64,000 nt of DNA from Fistulifera solaris (taxonomy: Eukaryota). A program made the position numbers and the translations under genes. Positions 1 to 11,649 of the stretch are shown here, piece by piece. The DNA lies in assembly GCA_030295235.1 (NCBI GenBank), contig AP026149.1, forward strand, positions 124,001 to 188,000, written 5' to 3'. The notes under the pieces are model-generated. The model was not told the DNA's origin. It worked only from the letters and a program-made list of their open reading frames with translations, and searched no databases. Every line of letters starts with the position of its first letter. Position 1 is the stretch's first letter.

Positions 1-285
1 GCGGTACCGGTGTTTAATTCTTTGATTCAAATGAGCGTTAAAACGTACTGTCTTTTCAAGTACCGCGGTACACATCTAGCTAAGTATTCTTATTGTATCG
101 CTTAAACTCCGCCACATTTAGCAAGAAATAGTTTCGCTCATTTGGATTTTGTGAGAGCACCTTCATCGCTCACAAGTATTATTCACGATCGTCTTCCTCC
201 AACCCCTACCTCTTCTTCTCGGCCAACAAAAAGGTGACCTTAACTGAGTTTATTCTGATCTCTGCTGACTTGTTAGTCTTTAGCC

Positions 286-1973
286 ATGAAGATTCTCGCC
301 GGTATATTTGCCACATTCGTACTCTCGCTGGTGGCCAGTGAGCGCGTCAACATGGAGATGTTGATGGAGAATGCGCTCAAAGTGGAAAACAGAGCCACCT
401 TGAAAGGTCGAAAGCTTGCGTATACGTCGCCCATTTCGGCAAATAAAAGTATTCAGTTCAATTCGTGTGTCTCTGTTACCACGCAACCATGGGACGAGGA
501 TATTTTCTACGGTCAGACCAACCTAAACGCTGCCCAAAACGGAAAGATCATATCAGAGCACTCTTACGTCCTATTTAACTTGTGCGACACTGGTTCATGC
601 ATTTATGACAGCACTGATAATTTGTACATGATTGACCTCAAGTCCTACTTGCGCAGCTTGTTGGCGTACTACCCTTCCAAACGACAAGGAGTCTGCAACA
701 TCTGTGAGGACAGTCGGGATTATTGCGGGTAAGTATATGAGCCTGATGGTTTCGTGCAAGGTTTCGTGTGCGAAGATCCTCACTTCTCACGCCTTGATAT
801 CGTAGAGAATATTACACCAAGAAGATTGAATACTATCAACAAAAATACCAGTACGAGCAGGATCAGCAAAACGCTGATCAAGCCCAGCAGAATGTTGGAT
901 ATCGCCAGTTGTACAACAGCAACTCGGCTTACATGGCTAACCAAGCCGACGGAAGCCATGTCAATAAAGTCACATGCGATCAGTGTGTTCAAGATTGTTA
1001 CGAAGAAGGCGGTGAAATTGCGCAATCCAAGCTTCAAGCTGAGATGTATGCCAGTGGGAAAGGATCTCAATATGAATACGGTAACTTCTACAGCAACCAG
1101 GACAACAATCAGTATGCTTATCAGGAAGAGCAATCAGAAATTGAATTTGACAGCCTTGCACAGTGGGTGGCGGAAATCGTTAGTTGTAAAGACTCCGGCT
1201 ATGTCTACAACAACCAAAATTTATTCGCTGGTTTCATGTGCAATTCTGATGGGTCGGGTATTGAAATTGGATTGTTTTTAGATGAATACTGCTCCATCTA
1301 TACGAAGGAACAATCGTTCACCACGGCAGCTAAATACAGCGGCGGCGATGATTTGACCTACGCTTCTCAAGCAAACAAAATTGTTACGTATCCCTTCATC
1401 AATAACATTGACTGCGGTGACACAATGACATTTGCGACGCCATGGGGTGCCGTTCAAAATAACGGTAACTACTTTTCTTCTGTTTCTAGTTACTGCACAA
1501 CCCTTCTTGGAAGCGGTTCGATCAATCTTGACGACTGCACCGATGCTGTTAGCTCGAACGGGAGTCAGAACAGATATCAGCAACAATACTACAATGACAA
1601 CGGGTACCAATCCATGTACGATTACACTTTTTACAAGTATAAGCTTTCACAGAAAGATTTGCGCAGCGCGGGTACTGTGTGCAGCGTTGTTAAGAAGTCA
1701 TTGGGTCAACGCCAAGCCATCTTTGACAGCAGTCAGGGCAATGTCTACGACTATTCGGTTCGTCAACAAATGATCAAGGAACAGAGAAACGCGATGAGAG
1801 GAGAACACAGAGGGCTGAAAGTATTTGGTCTCTTTTGCGGTCTCGCCGTAGCTGCTTGGGCTCTTGTTGCGTTTTATAAGGATATTTTGGTCGCAAATGG
1901 AACCTTGTCGGAGCCTAAACGGGAACAACTTATCATTGAAGGAGACAAGGCCTATGTGCGAGAGATGTCGTAA
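286..1973 (+). CDS. Silicanin-like type I membrane protein (signal peptide, RXL propeptide, Cys/N/Q-rich lumenal domain, single TM); exons 286-728 and 806-1973
   Basis: GTAAGT at 729 and CGTAG ending at 805 splice ORF 286 in frame into ORF 909 (CG-EYYTKK). Signal peptide MKILAGIFATFVLSLVAS; RKL and RQL motifs; many Cys and N/Q/Y; TM GLKVFGLFCGLAVAAWALVAFY followed by a short tail. Confidence 0.6.
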
Positions 1974-2049
1974 TGATGTGCACTTTTCATTTTTTTGTAT
2001 CTAATTGTATAATGACGTATTTTTTCATTTGAGCGTCAATAGAGTTGTT

Positions 2050-5000
2050 TCACATATCGATCCCTTGGTACATGTAGTAACGAATGGTTTCCTCCATTGA
2101 ATTGTAGAATTCGGATGGGAGACTACCTTTCAAATTGTTTCTCGCAGCATCGCGTAGAAAATGGAATTGATTATCATGCGAGCAAACATCCGCGAATGCT
2201 GCCCAGCCGGCATTCAGTGCGTTCTTTCTTTGCAAAAGGCATCGACCCGAATTCGCTCGTTTCAGCCGCTCACAAATTAAATTCAAAGCGTACAGCGTCG
2301 TGGACTGAATTTCCTTTAGTAGAAACTGCTCATTGGAACACACCGTATCCACTATGTCACCTGCTTTCAAGAACATCAGCGTCTTCAATGCCGCATACGC
2401 CATCAATTGATAGAAATTCAGATATTGCGTGTCCACCGAGTTTATCGCTGCGTCAAATAAAATGGCCAGGCACCTGGGTCTCACAAACGTCTTCATCTGG
2501 TTTGCAAGGTGTTTACCAGGTTTAGCTGCTCGATCAACGATGAAAGAAAAGACCGACTCATTTTGAAGGAATCGCTGGTAATCAATGACTACTTCACCGC
2601 TGTTCACATCGAAAAGCATCCCACACCATGGAAATTTCGTTCCTTCTGTAGTCGATTTGTAGTCCTTACATGAAGGTAAGACATGCGTCTTTTCTTTGTT
2701 GATCTGGACGCCTAGTGTAGGATGGCCTTCTTTCATCTTTTTCAAGAATTTCATGCGTTCCGTAGAATCATGAGTCACAAAGATAAAATCATCGACCATC
2801 CGAGCAAGAAGAGCACGCGATTTAGTCATCACGCCCTCTGAATGAAGCAGCTCCTTCTCGATGCTTCCATAATATAGATTACACAGCATATTTGAAAGTA
2901 CACTCCCTTGGGGGATTCCAATTGTCTGACGGAGATACTGGGGGCCAAATCTGCATCCTGTAGACACTATGTGCTTCGTTAAATGATCATGCAACAGCTT
3001 TATCATTTCATCTCGTCTTGTCATAGAACAGCTGCTCCCGTCGGAAAATACACTGCTCTCATAATCGTTCGACATTTGGGAAAGATAACTAGTGAAAGAG
3101 GAAAGCTCTTCGATAGAAATTACGCGTTTCTTATGCCTCTTGACGAGGCGACCCATACTGTTGAAGGGATGAACAACTCTATATCGCTGAAGCACGTATT
3201 GCTCATCCGCCAGAATATTTTCAAGTAAAGCCATCAGGTAGTTCTGGTCGATGCTGTCGAAGCATTGATTTATATCAACGCTGGCAAAGTAAATGCTTCT
3301 TTTGGAAATCGGCAACATTTTGAAAGCTTTAATGAATTCGGCGTAACGGGGATAAAAGTAATGCAAGCCATCAAGACCAGAGCCAAAGCTGCCTTCGTTC
3401 CGATTGCTTTCGAACCTGAGAATCGCGAATAAATCGCTAAGTATGGTGTTAGTGGGAACCATTCGAGTGGTGGGACGTAACGGATAACCTGGGTTATCTC
3501 GATTTACACGTGTTAGTCGAGAAACATCAAAAACAGGCCAAAGTTTTTCTACTTCTGAAGCATCCAATGGCTCATCATCTTCCTCTACTTCATCCGTGAC
3601 CTTAACGTAAGAGTCATCAGCCAAATGTTGAGCAGTTAGGGTCTGCTTCGTCGCCGACCGTGCCGGTAAAAGCCTTTCGCTTTTGCAAAGTGCAGCAATC
3701 GGTCTAACTCCGGTGGACTTTGGCAAAAGTCGAAGCCTGGAGACGCCCATCTTTCGATCAAGTAAGAGCTCGCCGAGATGCTGTTGATTTAAATACTCGA
3801 ATTGTCGTCTTCGATTTATTAGTTGCTGAAGAGAAAGCGAGCGAAACTTTGACCAGACAGGTTTTCGATAGTAAAGCAGCTTCTTCCCGGAAAACTCAGA
3901 ATCCGTTACGAAAAAGACGGAACGCAAAAGGTTTAGGAGGAAATCATTAAAGACCCAGCGTAGAAAGGATAGCACAAGAAGTCTCAATCGATGGTGATCT
4001 TTGCTCAACAATCGAAGCTCCCTAGTATTGCTGGTATCCTCTTTCTGAAACGATGCCAAAGGAATGAGCCATCGAAAGCTGAGCACTCGAATATTTAGCA
4101 GCAGCGTCTTGTTCGCAAAATGTTCGTGCCTCCGTAGCCCTACGAGTTTCGGAACGAGAACGTCATAGATTTGCGACTCATTATGTTTGCAGCCCCACAC
4201 GTCCCGAATGAACACATGGGATAGTACACTTCGGAGAAAGGATTCGACATTGGTTGAAGCAGAGTAACCCTCTGTCGCAAGTTTGCCCAATTCCTTCTTT
4301 ACCGCTTCGTTGGACTCGATCTGGTTACCCTGCATAATGCGTTCTGTAGGCAGAGGACAATGTCGCTCTAAAAGACGATGGTAATCACATTTCAAACGAT
4401 GACGTAATGATAAATCGGCAGCCACACGAATTGCCCCTGACCACGAGTCCGAATGCGCCAGCAAATTATTCTTCAGCATTCGAACCCAACGTTCATGGCC
4501 CGTTTCTTGTGCTTTCTTGGCGTTAGCGCACAACAAATCGTTAAAGATAGAAAGGAGTATCTGCTCTGGATCGGTCGTTCTGACTAGAACATGATCCTTT
4601 CCAAGGCCCACTTTGGGGATAAAACTGTTTGAATAGAGCAAAGTTCTTCGTTTCGCGCGTGTCCACGTACTAGTTGGATCTAACTCGCTTCGTTTTCGTT
4701 TCTTATCCATTCGATTGATAGGGACTCCTGTAATCTGCCACAAATTACCATGATTTAGTGGCAAAAGATGGATGTCTGTAGCAACAACTGTCGCACGACA
4801 TCATCACCGAGAGCACTGTGTAACTCGGAAAAGCTGTTTTTGCAGTAGTCCACCGAAGGATTGACATGCTGGACTGTCATGGGAAAATACGAACGATGGT
4901 GATTCTGGCTGAACTCTGATACGGTGAATCCTTGACTCAATAAATTGCCGGGTGTTTGTGTTGACTTATTTCTTTTTTGCACAAGTTCCCAGACTACATC

Positions 5001-5264
5001 GTCAACTAGACTCTCTAACGACTGTTGGTTCCGTATTGTAGACGTAGAGAAAGGAATCATCTCGGGAGGCGGTAGAATCAGAAACCCATGTTTTTCTTCG
5101 CAGAAGAACGCTTCATCATTGATTGCTGGTGAATTAGTTACGAAGGATTTTATAAACTCCTTCAAAGTGTAAGCATCGCGCGCCGATATCGCCCGGATTG
5201 TTCGCTTATATTGTTCGCTGAATGATTTGCTTTGCTTCGAACTAAGTACCCTTTCCTTCTCCAT
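2050..5264 (-). CDS. TERT: Telomerase reverse transcriptase (one apparent frameshift at 4763-4766; start at 5264 or 5306)
   Basis: TEN-like LGDDVVRQLLLQTSIF/PLNHGNLWQITG; CP motif YHRLLERHCP; T motif FFVTDSE..LLYYRKPVW; motif 1 LRLLPK; motif 2 VRPI; motif A FASVDINQCFDSI; motif B' GIPQGSVLSNMLCNLYY; motif C RMVDDFIFVT; motif D INKEKT; motif E FPWCGMLFD. Confidence 0.96.
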
Positions 5265-5324
5265 CTGATAAATGCTACAGATAAAATCATTTAATGCATT
5301 CTCCATCCCATAAATGCTACAGAT
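5257..5324. repeat. 26-bp direct repeat (2 mismatches, 42-bp period) spanning the TERT start region
   Basis: TTCTCCATCTGATAAATGCTACAGAT at 5257-5282 vs TTCTCCATCCCATAAATGCTACAGAT at 5299-5324. Confidence 0.9.
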
Positions 5325-5510
5325 GAATAAGTTGGTAATGCATTTATACCCCGGGGAACTCATTATACGGAGTAATTTCCTCACATCTCTAAACGGAAAC
5401 CTCATTTTTGTTTTAATCATCATCGTCTTAAACGATACAAAATAATAATAATCGTGACAGAGTCATTCGGTACTCGGTTCTCTACTTTGTACTACACCGT
5501 CGTTGTCTCT

Positions 5511-5540
5511 TGTACTGTACTGTACTGTACTGTACTGTAC
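5511..5540. repeat. (TGTAC)6 microsatellite in the TERT/LYR divergent intergenic region
   Basis: Six perfect TGTAC units read directly. Confidence 0.95.
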
Positions 5541-5765
5541 AGCGTTCTCTCTGCGATCCTTCGCACACGTTTTCGCATGTGCGCACATTTGTTTTTCGAG
5601 GTCCTCGAGGTATGATGTATGATATTTCCTGATAATCAGATTTCTCGTGCCTACGAATAGATCCAATTTCGAGCTGCTAACAAACATCAACTTGGAATTT
5701 GCATCAAATCTTCTGACGATCCCGTGAAGCTCCTGCGAAGTATCGCTCTCGGTTACTTGTACAAA

Positions 5766-6174
5766 ATGTCTCTTCCTGGTTTTCAACGGACGTCTCTACA
5801 GGTATGAATGCTCAGCGAGGATTCAGATATAATATGCTGTGTATCGTTTCCATGTATCTGAAATGTTTTTCCTTTATCGTCAGCTCTACCGCGATTGTCT
5901 GCGGCTCATACAGCACGTAGCACCCGGTCGATCAGCCAAGAATACTGCTCTGCGACAAACCGTCCGTCAACAATTTGCTCGAAATCGGGACCTAACGGAT
6001 GAGGAGGCAATTCAAAATGCTCAAACGATTGCAGTGAGAGCGCTCAGTAACTATCTCCTTACCGCGCAAGCTTCCACGGATAAGAAAGTCGGTTCCGCTA
6101 TGAAAGACTACACGATGAGATCTATGAAGGAAGCAAAATCCATCAAACACAATGTGAACAAAAAGGATTCGTGA
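5766..6174 (+). CDS. LYR-motif (Complex1_LYR) small mitochondrial protein; exons 5766-5801 and 5884-6174
   Basis: Intron GTATGA(5802)..CAG(5883) gives MSLPGFQRTSLQLYRDCLRL...VRQQFARNR, a typical LYR..F pattern. Confidence 0.8.
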
Positions 6175-6613
6175 CACTGGATCGATGAAGACTTGAAGTT
6201 TAGTAATAAAGAGAAGCATTGCCCTGTCGTTCAGCCGTATATTCATAACAAGCTTGGAGAACGCTCTGTTGTTGAGTGTATCGAATACATCAATGGCTCG
6301 AAACCACAAGGATTGACTGCTTGGTAGAATGTGACGAGGCACCGTACTTGTAATTTATAAGTTAGGGCTATGAATAGAGAGTCATGTTTACAAACGGCAA
6401 CATAATACCAGGTACCTGGTACTGGTGAGTGGTAAGGACAACATCGCAAAATAACTCGTGAAAGACGAGTCTTGTTACAGTCGCGGGCTTTAATTCCGTG
6501 ACGCTCGCAGAACGACGGCATATAATGAAAGCCAGGAAAGCGTCCTGTTTTGCTCTCAAGAGCTGTCCGTCAAATAAGATATTGCACGTTCAAGTTAATA
6601 AGAAGTATTAAGG

Positions 6614-7583
6614 ATGCCTCCTGTCGAAGGGCAAGAAGAAGCCTTAGCGAGAATGACGAAAATCGTCAACGCGTTCCTCGCTCGCCCCGATTCGGGGCCG
6701 TTCCGCGAGCCGGTCGATTGGAGAGGCTTGGAATTGCACGATTATCCCGAAATCATTAAACACATGATGGACTTGGGCACTATTAAACGAAAGTTAGAAC
6801 GGAACCAGTATCAAACGGCCGCGCAAGTAGCATCGGACATTCGGTTAGTCTGGTCGAATTGCATGACATACAACGCCGAAGGATCCGACTTTTGGTTGCT
6901 AGCGAAAGGCTTCAGTCGTAGATTCGAAGATAGATATCGCCGAGTCAAAGCAGATGGTACGTTCCAATTCATCGTGTCTTGTATTTCTCCTGAGTTTCAC
7001 TGACTTATCAACATCAAAAATTGATGCGCCTAGTCGACGTTGGGGAGGACCTGGAAGAGGAAGAGGACAAAGATGACGAGGAGGATGAAGAGGGCGCTGG
7101 TGAGGACGGCGAGGACGACGAAGAGGAAGGAGAAGACTTCGGTGAGGGAGAAGGAGAAGACGAGGACGAGAATGAACTGGGTTCTTCGAGCCACGCAAGT
7201 GGTTTAGATGGAGCAACGCTAGGTAGGTACCTCCTTGTTTCTTTCTGTGCACCACAACTCAAAGCTCATCACTCATCACTCCTCATGGTAAAATGCCAGA
7301 TGAACGCTCCAAGTTTTCGGCAAATCTGCTGATGCTCACTGGACTTGAGTTGGGATATGTCGTGAAGACGATTGAGATCCAGTGTCCGCAGGCTATTGAG
7401 ATTGGGCAGCAGGTTCCTGGGAAAATGGAGATTGTCGTTGATAGACTTATTTCTAACGCCTCTCTTTTCAACAAGCTGAGTGAATATGCTGAGCAAAAGG
7501 CAAGTCAGCGTCGGCAAAAGGTTCCCATGAGGAAGGCTCCCACTATAATTGACATCTCCAATCGTAGAAAAAGAAAAAGATAA
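6614..7583 (+). CDS. Bromodomain protein with acidic linker and ET-like C-terminus (BET/GTE-like); introns 6957-7033 and 7223-7299
   Basis: PFREPVDW..L.DYPEIIKHMMDLGTIKRKL..VWSNCMTYN bromodomain. Both GT-AG introns restore the frame. C-terminal LELGYVVKTIEIQCP..MEIVVD resembles an ET domain. Confidence 0.88.
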
Positions 7584-7599
7584 AGGAATAGAAGACTGT

Positions 7600-10200
7600 G
7601 GCGCCTCGGACTACTCCTGAAAATGGCAAAACGTCCTAAAGTAGAAGCAATCAACATTTCAAATATTTCTAGCACCTCTTTCCAACGTGATTGATGTAGC
7701 AAGAGCTTCGGTGAATTGTCCACCAGTTATGACAATTTAAGTCTTCACAAAAAGCGGGAACAATTAAATGCTTTGTTTGCGGGGCCTTGTTGGTTATGAT
7801 TGATTCGATAAATATAATTGAAGATCTGACGACAAATAGTCTACAGACTCAATGTTTTCCCCACACCCAAGGCAAATGAACATGGACAGAGAAAACTTAC
7901 CCCCAACCTAGAAAAATTTCAGTTTACTGCCCTTCACTCATTGACAGGACATACCATAAAATCGGAAGAAATGGTACTCAAAATTCAAACCGGTAAAAAA
8001 AACAAGAAACTTGTAAGGTAACGATAGAGCCAAGGCAATAAGGGCTAAAATGAAGCGAAGTCGACTGTGCGATCTGATAGGATTAAACACTTAGACAACG
8101 ACAAACTTTCTAGAAAAGATAAATAAAGCGATCCCATACTTCCTATGAAAAACCCGAGTGAAAGCAAAAAAAATTTTAATTGCTCAACCGTACACAAAGA
8201 AAAAAGCTTCTCATTTATATAAAACATCAAAAATATGTATTAATGCCTTGTTCTTACTCCCTACATCAAAAACAATGAAAAAAAAAAGATAAGAGAAAAA
8301 ACAGGAATATCTAGGTGTTTTGAAAAGTTCAGCTGCTGGCTAGGATATGGGGCATCTTTTTTGTAAAAGGTTTTGATTTTCAGCAATGTTTTAAAAAGTT
8401 CAGCTGCTGACAAGAGGATAAGGTTTTGATTTTGAGCAAAAGGTTAAATGTGTGGGGCACATAGAGTTCTTGACAAAACTGTTCAAAGAAAATCTTTAAA
8501 GCCAAGCATTTGGTGACGTTACAATTTCAAGGCTACCCTCAAAGCCAAATAAAAAAGAAGTAGGCATTCTTTAAAAAAAATGCATTGTTTGGATTTTTTA
8601 TACGCTCAAAGGGCTCCCATGAAGATAGTGCATAAGTGAAAATTCCAGGTCGAAGACAACAGAAGCGCTCTTACAAAATCAAATAAGCAACCCTTTGATG
8701 TTTTATGTTGATGAAAGGCAATCCGTTGAAGTCAATTGTTATAATTTTTTAAAAACTTTAAGGGCCACAATATTGCTAGACAGAGGATTTCCGGCACTCT
8801 TGTTTTGACTTCATCAATCTTTCAGACTTGATTCAAACAGGGTATAGGGACTGATCTGAAATTTTTGTCGTCTTCTTATTCCTGTTTCTATTTTGTTGTT
8901 TTTTGTAATGGTATCCGACAAATTTGCTTCGATGTCATTTTTGATAATGGATGGCTCGTTGATTTTCGCTCTGCTCACATGAGATTGTGTATCTAGTCAC
9001 TTTTGAAAGTCAATAATGCTGTTCCAATCATGGCAGTTATGGCAACTGCTTTGGAAAGTTTGGGCCGATACCTTTTGATAAGCAGCATATAATCTTCGTT
9101 TTGTGTTGCTTATTGGTTTTTCTTGCAGCATATAAGCTTCGTTTTGTGTTGCGTATTGGTGTTCTATTCCAATGGTTTTGTTTATGACCTAAAATTTGAA
9201 TGAAATGTTGACTTTATTGACTATTTTTATTTTCTAAGAGGCTTTTTATGCTGCACTGTGCTGAGCTAGCTTCAGCTATTGATATTAGAGGGCAATTTTG
9301 GAGCTGCTTCGGAAAATTTGGGCCGCTAACTTTTGATAAGCAATTTATAATAGTTTTCGTTTTGTGTTGCGTACTGGTTTTTTTGATTCCAATGGTTTTT
9401 GATGACCTAAAATCTGAATGAAATGTTGACTTTATTGACTATTTTTTTTTTTGTCGTTGGTTTTAATTGCTGCACCGTGCTGATCTAGCTTCAGCTATTG
9501 ATATTAGAGGGCAAGTTTTGAAGCTGTTTTCCAACGAGGGGTGAATAGCCGCGGCTGGGTTTTTCTTGTGGATCTAGAATAGCCGTTCTTGCTGACCGCA
9601 CCAGGGAAGGCCCACACGAGCCCTGAGGAGCACAAAGTTACTCTGATTACGGTTTGTTTCATTCTCTAGCAGTTCCATGTAAGTTGCGTCGATTCCGAAA
9701 CTGCTTGCTTCTCAATGAATTCTTCAATGGAGCTAAGCGAGTGAAATCACGTTTGTGCTCATGGCAAGTACATTGTCTCAAAATTGAAAGTTGCCTTATC
9801 CCACATGATTACTGTTCATTAAGGTTGGCTGAAGCTACATTTTAGCACTTCACCCTTAATCATGTGAGCACATTAATAGGTGGAAATCTCTTACTTTGGA
9901 TATGTGTCTGATTGGTCCCTGAGATCTCATCTTTTTCAGTCTTTCGTGTCGTTACTTTTTAGATAGCCGAGGCTTCGCGGCTGCATAAAAATACATATTA
10001 GCATTCATTTTTTTCTTGTTGTTTTATTCTCTTATTTCCTGAAGTCAGAAAGTAATTTTGACATTCGGACTGAAAATTCGTTAGCGTCGGTTGTTTACTT
10101 TTTCTTAAGATCAAAGTCGCAATAAATATGTTTATAAGCTTACTCTGTAAGTGAAGAGTTGAAGCCAACCACCAATTGTCATCATACTTGTAGTAGAAAT
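7600..10200. other. Gene-free low-GC island (candidate centromere or decayed repeat region)
   Basis: No credible ORF. Hand-counted G+C is 15/60 (8161-8220), 16/60 (8221-8280) and 13/60 (9181-9240), versus 29/60 in an IWS1 coding line (10381-10440). Confidence 0.5.
9046..9530. repeat. Imperfect tandem duplication (units ~9046-9303 and ~9304-9523) with a nested 43-bp-period duplication (9082/9125)
   Basis: Identical 30-mer CTAGCTTCAGCTATTGATATTAGAGGGCAA at 9266 and 9485; TGAATGAAATGTTGACTTTATTGACTATTTTT occurs twice; GCAGCATATAA.CTTCGTTTTGTGTTGC.TATTGGT occurs twice. Confidence 0.92.
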
Positions 10201-10223
10201 TTATTGATGACGCTTACCATCTT

Positions 10224-11649
10224 CTAACCTTTAGTCGGACGGCCCTCCAAGCTGATGTTAGCGCTTCTTTGGTTTTTCCCAACTGGTCGTTTCTTCTCAA
10301 TCATACGCTTTGCCAAGTTGCCCCTGCTACCGTCTCTGGGTTGTTGTTCGGGTGACGTGATGGCTTCCCGTCCCTGCGGACGAACAGAAAAGCTAAATCC
10401 TTTAGAGTAGGGCACACGGACTCGTTGCATCGCCAATTCGCCGCCAGTCTTTTTCCCGCCAGCAATCAGGGAAGCCATGTCTTGTTCCGATTGAGCCTTT
10501 TTGGCTGAAGCAGGCTGTTGCGTTTGCTGCTGCTGGCGCCGTACAGTCGCTAGACTACCTTCACCGCGATGAATACGCTCTAGGTCTCTCATGTTTCCCG
10601 ATTTCTGAAAGATCGGACGACTCCATTGTTCGATAAGCTTTTTGAGTAACTGTTTCATTTTTGGCGTTTCAGCATGATGCTTATACAAAACCATGACCGT
10701 TTTACCGAACTCCGAGCGTTTCAAATCATTAGCAGATATTCCATTTTCTCCTGTCATAGTTGCCAAGACTTCTAAAATTCGTTGTCGAACCGTTACATTG
10801 CCAAGTTTGCCGTTGGGCAAGGGCTGGATCCACCTTCTGCAAACTGAGAGAAGTTCCAAATCCAGCAGCATTCGCTGCATATCCAACTTCGTGAGCATAT
10901 CAGTTGTCTCTTGAAGCATCGCTAACTTTTTCACAGCAGGACGCTTTTCAGCGACTGCTTGCTCGTCGTCATCTGCTGCTGCTTCCATGCGGGCCAGAAA
11001 GAGCTTGCACTCATCTTCGCGCTCGGTTTCAGTCTTTTTCGCAACCTTTTTCTTCTTCATACGGTGGACTGCCGCCATAATTGGATTATCAGGCTCTTTT
11101 TCCTCTTCCCGCAAATCTTCTCCCCTCGGACGACCATCCTCATCGTAGCGGATCTTCCTCTTTTTCTTCTTTTGCTCGTAATTATCAGGCCTGTCATCGT
11201 CGAAATGCTGCTCAGCGTATAGCTCTTTCACAGCGTCTGCGTCCTCTCCCGTTGTATCAAGAAAGTCATCATCTTCTCTTGTACGCTGAAACTCACCTGA
11301 GTCGTACGAGTCTCCCGAGTCGTATCCCTTGTCTTCATCGCCCAAAGCAATGGTGCCGCTGGGTTTTTTCTTTGCGCCAGATGATGTGTCCTTGCGTTGT
11401 CGCTTTGCAAGAGCCTCAAGTCGTTGACGTCGCGAAAGAGCGGCGGAAGCTTTCGGCTTCTTATCCTCTTCGTCTTCACTATCGGAATCAAATAAACCTC
11501 CTTCATCGTCACTATCGACATCTTTTTTTCGACGGAGTCCCCTTCTTTCGAGGGGCGGGGGCTTTCTTTTTCGATGTTACGGTGTTCGAGATCAACTCGT
11601 TCGTGTCGTCCGAGTCCGAACCGAAAAGATCATCTTCATCATCAGACAT
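10224..11649 (-). CDS. IWS1: IWS1/Spn1 transcription elongation factor (apparent frameshift near the T-run at ~11523-11529)
   Basis: Acidic N-terminus MSDDEDDLFGSDSD; core MEAAADDD..PAVKKL..WIQPLPNGKL..LKRSEFGKTVMVL..LIEQWSRPIF. Confidence 0.88.

Noticed and set aside
2050..4764. RT ORF as a retrotransposon, retron or Penelope-like element
   Set aside because: It has telomerase-specific TEN, CP and T motifs, and no gag, endonuclease, RNase H, integrase or LTRs nearby.
5325..5423. Upstream extension of the TERT ORF (MMIKTK...)
   Set aside because: AT-rich and UTR/promoter-like, with no TERT-like content; probably a fortuitous open frame.
6361..6368. Single GTTAGGG near TERT as a telomerase RNA template
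   Set aside because: A single 7-mer is expected by chance; similar ones occur inside coding sequence (e.g. ~3634).
9046..9530. CRISPR-like array
   Set aside because: The units are long diverged duplications without unique spacers; eukaryotic context; no cas genes.
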